Assembly: GCA_002104945.1 (NCBI GenBank)
Contig: MCFH01000004.1
Location: forward strand, 1-64,000
Source of the DNA: Piromyces finnis finn
Taxonomy: Eukaryota; Fungi; Neocallimastigomycota
Direction: 5' to 3'
Length of the DNA: 64,000 nt
Positions 1 through 9,316 of this stretch are shown here, in pieces. The notes below the pieces were generated by a model. That model was not told where the DNA came from and did not search any database. It was given only the letters and a program-made list of their open reading frames with translations. Every line of letters starts with the position of its first letter. Positions within the stretch are counted from its first letter, which is position 1. The position numbers were made by a program, and so were the translations under genes.

Positions 1-211
1 TATATACATTAATTATTATTATAGCTATTAATTTACTTTAATACTAACGCTAAAGTATTTAACGTTAGTTTTGACTATACTATTTAACTATATGAGTTTA
101 TTTTCTTTACCACTTGATTGGGTAAAGCAAATAGACTTCCTATTTAATTAATAACCATTAATATATGGTTATGCATATATTTGGCCAATAAATGGTGACC
201 AGAATATATGG

Positions 212-1344
212 TGTTAAGTTTTTGGGTTTGGTTATGCGGCCAGGTCAGAATGTTATTAATTATATAGTAAAAATGTTTTTTAAGAAATTAAATTTAATTA
301 TAAAATAACACCTTAAACTCCCAAATGAAAAATGAAAAATTTATATTTACTTTAAAATAACTTTTTATAAATTTTTTATTTATTTAATAATAATATAAAT
401 GATATTATAAGTAACTATATAATTAAGATTATAACTATAATCTTTACAAAGAATTAAAATCGAATTCAATTCATTCTCTTTTATATTCTTTGTTCAGATT
501 ATTAAATTGATATTAATAAGAATAAAGTATTACATATAATATATTAGTAATATAATTAAATAAGTAATAAGATTGTTTGTTTGTTTGTTTGTTTGTTTGT
601 CATGACATAAAATAAAATAAACATATGATTAATCATTTAAACAGTTGATCCTAATTAGTAATTATAAAAACTATTCAATTAATAATTCATCATTATTAAT
701 TGATATTACCATAACATATTTGTTATAACTAAATAATTATTATTTTCAAAATTATTTCTAATAAAACTTGCCGTTAACCTATTTTATAATAATTAAGATT
801 ATTTAATTTATAGGTATTAACTGTTACACCTAAATGGGTCTAGTTCTATTTTTAGTAACAATCGTTATCATTAATTAAATTAATATAACTAAAATTCCTA
901 TTGATATATTTTTAATTTCATCAAGTCATAAGAAATATTTATGATCCATACTTGATATCATATTGATTTTAATTTACCTAATAAAATCTTTAAATGATCA
1001 TAACTTCCTTAAATGATCAGTTAGAAGGACCGCGATTGTACCAAATTGTAGCTTTCTTCCTAAGCTTTCCAATAAACCTAGTTTCATCACCGTAGTACTT
1101 ATAGCCGTAGCGATCGTTTTTGGCGAGTTACACCTTATTTCGTACTTGCTTATTTTTGGTTAAGGGTTATAGTATATTGATATTAAATTTTTGAAATCAT
1201 AACCCTTTCACTGAATCAAAATTTAAAAGGTGACTTTTAAAAGTGTTTTAAAATAATTATTGAAATTATTTAATTATAATTATTATGTTTAATTAATTAT
1301 AGATATTATCTGAATTTGTTTTAAATCCAGTTAATATCTTCACA
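212..1344 (-). mobile_element. Solo LTR of Ty3/Gypsy family A (1133 bp)
   Basis: TG...CA termini (tgttaag...cttcaca). Matches the LTRs at 1352-2484 and 7760-8892 except three substitutions seen (450, 536, 813). Flanked by its own 5-bp TSD TATGG (207-211 / 1345-1349). Confidence 0.93.
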
Positions 1345-2886
1345 TATGGTTTGTTAAGTTTTTGGGTTTGGTTATGCGGCCAGGTCAGAATGTTATTAAT
1401 TATATAGTAAAAATGTTTTTTAAGAAATTAAATTTAATTATAAAATAACACCTTAAACTCCCAAATGAAAAATGAAAAATTTATATTTACTTTAAAATAA
1501 CTTTTTATAAATTTTTTATTTATTTAATAATAATATAAATGATATTATAAGTAACTATATAATTAAGATTATAACTATAATCTTTACAAGGAATTAAAAT
1601 CGAATTCAATTCATTCTCTTTTATATTCTTTGTTCAGATTATTAAATTGATATTAATAAGAATAAAGTATTACATGTAATATATTAGTAATATAATTAAA
1701 TAAGTAATAAGATTGTTTGTTTGTTTGTTTGTTTGTTTGTCATGACATAAAATAAAATAAACATATGATTAATCATTTAAACAGTTGATCCTAATTAGTA
1801 ATTATAAAAACTATTCAATTAATAATTCATCATTATTAATTGATATTACCATAACATATTTGTTATAACTAAATAATTATTATTTTCAAAATTATTTCTA
1901 ATAAAACTTGCCGTTAACCTATTTTATAATAATTAAGATTATTTAATTTATAAGTATTAACTGTTACACCTAAATGGGTCTAGTTCTATTTTTAGTAACA
2001 ATCGTTATCATTAATTAAATTAATATAACTAAAATTCCTATTGATATATTTTTAATTTCATCAAGTCATAAGAAATATTTATGATCCATACTTGATATCA
2101 TATTGATTTTAATTTACCTAATAAAATCTTTAAATGATCATAACTTCCTTAAATGATCAGTTAGAAGGACCGCGATTGTACCAAATTGTAGCTTTCTTCC
2201 TAAGCTTTCCAATAAACCTAGTTTCATCACCGTAGTACTTATAGCCGTAGCGATCGTTTTTGGCGAGTTACACCTTATTTCGTACTTGCTTATTTTTGGT
2301 TAAGGGTTATAGTATATTGATATTAAATTTTTGAAATCATAACCCTTTCACTGAATCAAAATTTAAAAGGTGACTTTTAAAAGTGTTTTAAAATAATTAT
2401 TGAAATTATTTAATTATAATTATTATGTTTAATTAATTATAGATATTATCTGAATTTGTTTTAAATCCAGTTAATATCTTCACAACGCCCTCCCTAGGAA
2501 TTCGTATTCCAGACGAATTCTATGAACTGGAGCGAAAAGTAAAAATTTTTGATTTTAAAAAAATTTTTTCGAGAGGAAGTAATAATTTCAAAAGGTCACT
2601 TGGCCATTGTGAGATTTTTGAAATTTCACTTTTTGAAAAATTTTCTTGTAGGTAAAATTTTAATAATAAAATTGATACTGCAGATTTTGAATATGAAAAT
2701 AAAAATAAAAAATAATAAAGTTTTAATATGATAATTGAAAAATATTCGGTGTAAAAATTTTTGAAATGTTGAAATTTCAAAATTTTGTGATGAGTTAAAT
2801 TTCGAAATTTAGTTGTTATAAAAATATTTTGTAAATGGTGTAAAAGTTATTTTTAGAGAATTATTGACTTATTAATATTATTTTAA

Positions 2887-5800
2887 TTAATTATATGCTA
2901 TAGAAGCATAATGTCGTCCACTTTTTAAATATTTTTGATAAATGTATTGATTACGTGGATTGTCTTCTACTTCACTTGCTGGTACCCAATTATAAGCGGA
3001 ACGGTATTTGTATCGAATTTTATATTCATATCGTTGTTGTTTATAATTTGTACGGAATCCAGATATTTCCACTATATCTTTTATTGATTCTGGATCCGCA
3101 GTTCTATTTAAAAATTCTTTTGGAGTTGATCTATAAGGTTCCAACTCAGATACATGAAATATTGGATAGTGTTTGGGAAAAGGTGATTTTTTGATATCGA
3201 TTTCATAATTGTTATTTCTCAAAACTTGAGTTATTTTATATGGACCATATTTACAAGGAGCTAATTTGGAACTATTTTCAATATTTAGAGAAGGTGGGGC
3301 TTGAATCCAAACTAAATCATCAATTTTAAATTTTGGAGCTTCTAAACGACTTTTATCCACTCTTCTTTTATACAACTCTTTGGAGCGTAGTAACACTTCT
3401 TTTATGTGGTTGAATGCATCATTAACGTTTTGAACTAGTTTATGATTAATATTACATTGTGGTAATAGGGTCATTTCATCCATCGGAGGGTGGAAACCAT
3501 AATTAATGAAGAATGGTGTTTCTTTGGTTGATTCATTAACAGCGTTGTTATAGGCGAATTCTGCAAGTGGAAGCCAATCAACCCAGTCGTCATGATAGAA
3601 AGACTTGGAATAACATCTAAGATACTGTTCAATAAAAGAATTTGACCTCTCGACCTGTCCAACAGTTTCATGGTGGTCAGTAGTAGCTATTCTTGGATGA
3701 ATATATAATAAATCCAAAAATTCGAGCCAAACATCACTTGTAAATTGTGAGCCTCTATCAGTATATAGGTCATAAGGGAGACCATGTAAACGATATACAT
3801 TGTTCAAAAAAGCTTTTGCAGTTTGTGCTGCGTTTGGAACTTGTTTAAACGGCACTAAGTGAATCATTTTAGAAAAGCGGTCAACCACTACCATAATTAC
3901 GGTGTACCCTTTAGACTCAGGAAGGCCACAAAGAAAGTCAATTTCTATAGATTTCCATGGACGTTCTGGAGTATCTAAAGGTTGTAATTTTCCATATTTC
4001 CGATGTCTAGTTACTTTATTTCTTGTGCATGTCTCACAAGAATTAACAAATTTAGTGACATCATCTTTAATTTTAGGCCACCAAAAATTTCGAGTTATCA
4101 ATTCTAAAGTCCTTTTTATACCAAGATGTCCAGCAGAGGGTTGTTCATGATATTTCATAAGAACATCTAAACGTAGTTTCTCAGGGATATAAACTAAGTT
4201 ATTATATAAAATAAGATTATTTTTTAATTCAAACTTGTTCATTTTCCTAAATGGTCTATAAGCCTTTTGGTCATTATGTGGGCTGAAATATAGCATAATA
4301 TCCTTAGCAGTTTCGTCGTCCTTTAAGTATTGAATAACTTGTTCCAAGAAGTTACTCATAATACCAATGAAACTTGGTATTAGTTTTACATTTTTTGAGT
4401 CTAAAATATATTCTGGCTTTTCTTCATAAGTCCTATCCATGTAGTCAGGTCTGCGAGATAGACAATCAGGTTTACCATTCTTACGACCTTGTCTGTATAT
4501 AAGTTCAAAGTCGTATTCATGAAAGAAAAGGTGCCAACGATGTTGTCTTTGATTACCTACCTTTCCTCCAAGAGTATAAAGTAAATTTCTATGATCAGTG
4601 TAAACTTTTATTTTATATTTAGCACCAAGAAGAAGGTGCCTCCAAGTAGAGAAAGAATCCTTAATGGCTAATAGTTCTTTATCTGTTATAGAATAATTAA
4701 CTTCAGAACTACTTAGACTTCTGGAGTAGTAAGCAACAGGATGTAGACGATTTTCTGAATCATATTGAGAAAGTATAGAACCGATAGCAACATTACTTGC
4801 ATCACATTCTAAAATATATTGTTTTTGAGGATCAGGATGTGATAAAATAGGTGCTGAAGTTAAACGCGTTTTTAAAATGTTAAATGAGGATTCACATTCT
4901 GTGGACCATTTGAACTTTGCATTCTTTTTTGTTAGGTTGTGGAGGGGTTTAGCCAAGTCTGCAAAATTCATTACAAAGCGTCTATAGTAGTTACAAAGAC
5001 CTAAAAATCTTTGTACATCCTTAACTGTAGTAGGAATAGGCCAATTTTTGATTGACTCTATCTTTTTTGGGTCGGTAGCAATTCCTGAACCTGAAATAAC
5101 ATATCCTAAGAATTCAACTTGTGGTTTGTCAAATTCACATTTAGGAAGTTTAGCATATAAATTATTTTCTAATAGTTTAGAAAGAACTTCACGTACATGT
5201 TGGTGGTGTTCTTCTAAGGTTTTTGAAAATATAAGAATATCATCCAAATAGAGAATAACAGATTTTTCCAAGAAAGGTCTGAGAACAGAATTTATAAATG
5301 CCTGAAAAGTAGCAGGAGCGTTACGTAAACCAAATGGCATCACTAAATATTCATAGTGACCAAACTTTGTGCGAAAAGCAGTTTTATATTCATCACCATT
5401 TCTTATTCTAACTAAATTATAAGCAGAGCGTAAGTCGAGCTTGGTGAAATACTTTGCACCTTTGACACGTTCTATAATGTCGGTAATAAGTGGTATTGGG
5501 TAGGAGTTACGTATCGTTACAGAATTGAGTTTTTTATAATCAATACAAACTCTAAGAGTACCATCTTTCTTTTTCTGAAATACCACTGGATATCCTGCAG
5601 GTGATTCGGATGGTCTAATAAAGCCTTTTTCTAAATTTTCCTTGATATACTCTTCTAAAACTTTTGATTCTTCTTCTGATAAGGGATAGATGGGACCATA
5701 GTGAAGAGTAGCATCTTTTTCTAGTACTATTTTACAATCTGTAATTCTATGTGGTGGTAGTTTATCAGCTTCTTGTTTGCTGAAAACTTTTGCCAAATCT

Positions 5801-6701
5801 CGATAGGGTTTTGGAATATCCTCAATAGTATGTTCTTCTAAATTGCTTACTTCTTCTGGTTTTTCGGACAAAAAAGTATGAATTAAATAATTATAATTAT
5901 ATCTATCATAATTATTTTTATTTAATATAACTTTTCTAAAAAATTTGGAACGTTTAGGGTTAAATTTGTGAAATCGACCATTTTTCTTCTTACTAAAGGT
6001 TTTAGATCTGAAATAAAAATTATGAATTTTATTTTTTAAATTATAAAAATTGGTGGAATAATTTTTATTTTTATTTTTTGTGTTATTTACACCTGTAGAA
6101 GTGGTAGGTGTAACATTTATGTCATTTCTATTATAAGAAATGAATTGTTCTAATTTTAAAAATTTAGTAGCATGCTTCATATTGAATTTCTTTCTGTTAA
6201 AATCATATTTTAAATTTGAATATAAATAATTTTTATTATAATTATAATGAATTTCATATTTGGACATGAATATATTTCCAAATAATAAATCTGTCGGAAT
6301 ATAATCCGCTAGTAAAAATTTTTCTTTGAAATTGATGAAATGGAATTTATTGTTGATAAATAGTTTTAACTGAAAGTTTAGGTTGATATATTCATCAAGT
6401 TCAATTGAAGTACCACTGATACCTTGTACAGTGATAACATTATTAATTTTATGAGGATGTAATTGTAATGTACGTAATAGTTTGTACGACATAAAATTAC
6501 AATAAGATCCACTATCTAATAGTGATGTACATGCAATTTTATTATGTACATTATTTGTACCTCCATTATTGGATAATACATATGTATTAAAAGTAAAAAA
6601 CGTTGAAGGTAATGTATTATCTTTGTTGATAGTGGGAAAAGTGTAGTTTAATATTTTTGTATTCGAGTGGTGATGGGACTTCAATGGAAGTCCTTTATTT
6701 A
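2887..6701 (-). CDS. pol: Pol of element A (protease, RT, RNase H, integrase, C-terminal chromodomain-like), expressed via -1 frameshift from gag
   Basis: Motifs LLDSGS (PR), YLDD (RT), CDAS...TDHRNL (RNase H), H-x6-H...CETC, D-D-E (IDF / TDRGSQF / QVER) and GPY (IN), and the tail EISGFRTNYKQQRYEYKIRYKYRSAYNWVP. The listed start at 6684 is a TTG. The frame stays open upstream through the slippery site at 6702-6708. Confidence 0.95.
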
Positions 6702-6708
6702 GTTTTTT
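6676..6708 (-). promoter_or_regulatory. Programmed -1 ribosomal frameshift signal (A_AAA_AAC + stem-loop)
   Basis: Heptamer A AAA AAC at 6708-6702 sits immediately before the gag TAA. An 8-nt spacer is followed by the perfect hairpin GGACTTC-CATT-GAAGTCC (6693-6676). pol is in the -1 frame and open across the site. Confidence 0.88.
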
Positions 6709-7724
6709 GAACTAATTTTTTGAGCTTTATAATTGTTGTTATTGTAATTATTATTATATTTTTGGAAGTTATTGTTGTTATTGTTGTTGTTGTTGTTGTA
6801 TGATCTGTGGTGGTTGAAATGTGAATTTCTTTTCTTGTTAGATTTAGAGTTGGAAGACTGGTTAATCTTATTCTTTGTAGAAAGAGAACTTTCGATCAAA
6901 ATACATCTAGTTATAATGGACTCCATGGTGGTTGGAAATACCTCCATCTTTTCAATTTCTTCCTGATATTTGGGATGTAAACCATTATAAAAGATTAAAG
7001 ATAATGCTTCTTCATTCCATTTAAATTGTTGTGAAAGAGAGCGGAATTCCTCGATATAATCATTTATTTTACCATATTGTTGTTTTAAACGCATTATTTT
7101 GATTTTAGCTATCTTGTAACTAGCAACATTTGAGAAAGCAATTCTTAGTCCATCCAACAATTCTTGCATGGTAGATGGATAAATATTATCCTTGTACTTG
7201 GCAAGATACCAATTTCTAGCAGCATCACGAAGACGGGATTGTACAAAATTAATTTTTGTTTCTTCTGGTAAAGTTCGATTTGGTAGAGTTTTGAAAGTAT
7301 CTTCACATAATTGACAAAACAAATCGGTATCACTAGTCTTACCGGAGAACATACCTGGATCTGGCACTTGAGTGATTGGAGTAGCAAAACGGCCTCTCAT
7401 GATAACATCATGATCCAAATCAAATCTTGTTGAAGTAGATTCATCATCTCTAAAGACAGTAGGTCTTGGAGTAGCTATCCTATCATAATTGGTATGTAAC
7501 AATGGTTGTTCATCTTCATTCTGAGCAGTTTGATTATTATTCATATTGGTTAATACACTCATGATTTCATTTAAACGATTATTCACATCATTGGAAAAAT
7601 TTTGAAAATCTTCACGGAAAACCAAATTTTCATTGATACCCTCAATGATATCCTTGGCAGTCTGAGTAGCATCCTCTCTTAGTTGGTTTACCTCGTCTGG
7701 GAAATTAGGAACCGGAGTGAACAT
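6699..7724 (-). CDS. gag: Gag of element A (341 aa)
   Basis: ATG-started ORF just inside the 5' LTR. Retrotransposon capsid-like region (PDPGMFSG...AARNWY...YIEEF). Asn/basic C-terminus without a CCHC knuckle. Confidence 0.92.
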   Translation of the reverse strand: MFTPVPNFPDEVNQLREDATQTAKDIIEGINENLVFREDFQNFSNDVNNRLNEIMSVLTNMNNNQTAQNEDEQPLLHTNYDRIATPRPTVFRDDESTSTRFDLDHDVIMRGRFATPITQVPDPGMFSGKTSDTDLFCQLCEDTFKTLPNRTLPEETKINFVQSRLRDAARNWYLAKYKDNIYPSTMQELLDGLRIAFSNVASYKIAKIKIMRLKQQYGKINDYIEEFRSLSQQFKWNEEALSLIFYNGLHPKYQEEIEKMEVFPTTMESIITRCILIESSLSTKNKINQSSNSKSNKKRNSHFNHHRSYNNNNNNNNNNFQKYNNNYNNNNYKAQKISSKN

Positions 7725-7748
7725 TCTAAAGTAGCCACTAAACAGCGG

Positions 7749-7759
7749 GTAAAGATTAT
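7749..7759 (-). promoter_or_regulatory. Self-priming PBS of element A
   Basis: Minus-strand ATAATCTTTAC directly after the 5' LTR is the exact complement of GTAAAGATTAT at 7995-7985 in the LTR. TATAAAA lies at 8033-8027, about 35 nt upstream. No TGG tRNA-type PBS is present. Confidence 0.85.
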
Positions 7760-8956
7760 TGTTAAGTTTTTGGGTTTGGTTATGCGGCCAGGTCAGAATG
7801 TTATTAATTATATAGTAAAAATGTTTTTTAAGAAATTAAATTTAATTATAAAATAACACCTTAAACTCCCAAATGAAAAATGAAAAATTTATATTTACTT
7901 TAAAATAACTTTTTATAAATTTTTTATTTATTTAATAATAATATAAATGATATTATAAGTAACTATATAATTAAGATTATAACTATAATCTTTACAAGGA
8001 ATTAAAATCGAATTCAATTCATTCTCTTTTATATTCTTTGTTCAGATTATTAAATTGATATTAATAAGAATAAAGTATTACATGTAATATATTAGTAATA
8101 TAATTAAATAAGTAATAAGATTGTTTGTTTGTTTGTTTGTTTGTTTGTCATGACATAAAATAAAATAAACATATGATTAATCATTTAAACAGTTGATCCT
8201 AATTAGTAATTATAAAAACTATTCAATTAATAATTCATCATTATTAATTGATATTACCATAACATATTTGTTATAACTAAATAATTATTATTTTCAAAAT
8301 TATTTCTAATAAAACTTGCCGTTAACCTATTTTATAATAATTAAGATTATTTAATTTATAAGTATTAACTGTTACACCTAAATGGGTCTAGTTCTATTTT
8401 TAGTAACAATCGTTATCATTAATTAAATTAATATAACTAAAATTCCTATTGATATATTTTTAATTTCATCAAGTCATAAGAAATATTTATGATCCATACT
8501 TGATATCATATTGATTTTAATTTACCTAATAAAATCTTTAAATGATCATAACTTCCTTAAATGATCAGTTAGAAGGACCGCGATTGTACCAAATTGTAGC
8601 TTTCTTCCTAAGCTTTCCAATAAACCTAGTTTCATCACCGTAGTACTTATAGCCGTAGCGATCGTTTTTGGCGAGTTACACCTTATTTCGTACTTGCTTA
8701 TTTTTGGTTAAGGGTTATAGTATATTGATATTAAATTTTTGAAATCATAACCCTTTCACTGAATCAAAATTTAAAAGGTGACTTTTAAAAGTGTTTTAAA
8801 ATAATTATTGAAATTATTTAATTATAATTATTATGTTTAATTAATTATAGATATTATCTGAATTTGTTTTAAATCCAGTTAATATCTTCACATGGTTTCA
8901 ATTGAAATATTTGTGGGCAAACTTATGGCCACAAATATTTCTTACAACTAGAAATA

Positions 8957-9030
8957 ACTAAATTGTCTTAGTGGTTAGTAGCTAAGACTTTGAGTCTGAA
9001 TGACACTAGTTCGAGACCTCATAGATTCTA
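8957..9030 (+). pseudogene. Degenerate tRNA-Gln(TTG)-like sequence or tRNA-derived SINE head
   Basis: TAGTGGTTAG (D-loop/A-box-like), TAAGA-CT-TTG-AG-TCTGA (anticodon arm) and GTTCGAGAC (B-box-like) occur at tRNA spacing. The acceptor and T stems do not pair. Confidence 0.4.
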
Positions 9031-9316
9031 TTTTAAAAAAATTATAATTTTATTTTATTTTTAAATTTTATTTTATATGAAGATTATTGATTGGTTAAGA
9101 ATTTTAAGTTGAAAAAATTTTATAAATTAATTTAAAAAATTTTTAGTATAAATACGAGTGAATTTTCCCAAATATTTTAAAGAATCGAGATTTTATTAAT
9201 AAATAATTATATTATTAAACACTAACTTATTAAGTTAAATTCTATGTGTTTTTAATGATATTTTTATAAATTAATAATTTACAGAATATTTTAAAGTGTT
9301 AATATTACTAAGTTAT

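Larger units (their letters stand above)
1352..8892 (-). mobile_element. Full-length Ty3/Gypsy LTR retrotransposon, family A (chromovirus-like, Tf1/sushi-type priming)
   Basis: Two 1133-bp LTRs (5' 7760-8892, 3' 1352-2484) with no differences noticed. 5-bp TSD TGGTT (1347-1351 / 8893-8897). PPT AGGGAGGGCGT at 2485-2495 next to the 3' LTR. gag and pol are intact with PR-RT-RH-IN order. Confidence 0.97.

Noticed and set aside
212-2484. Adjacent 1.1-kb direct repeats as a segmental duplication or CRISPR-like array
   Set aside because: They are LTRs with TG...CA ends and individual TSDs.
2520-5251. Short ORFs overlapping or antisense to element A (and similarly at 18201-20893 in element B)
   Set aside because: No motifs; expected by chance opposite long ORFs or in the AT-rich 3' UTR.
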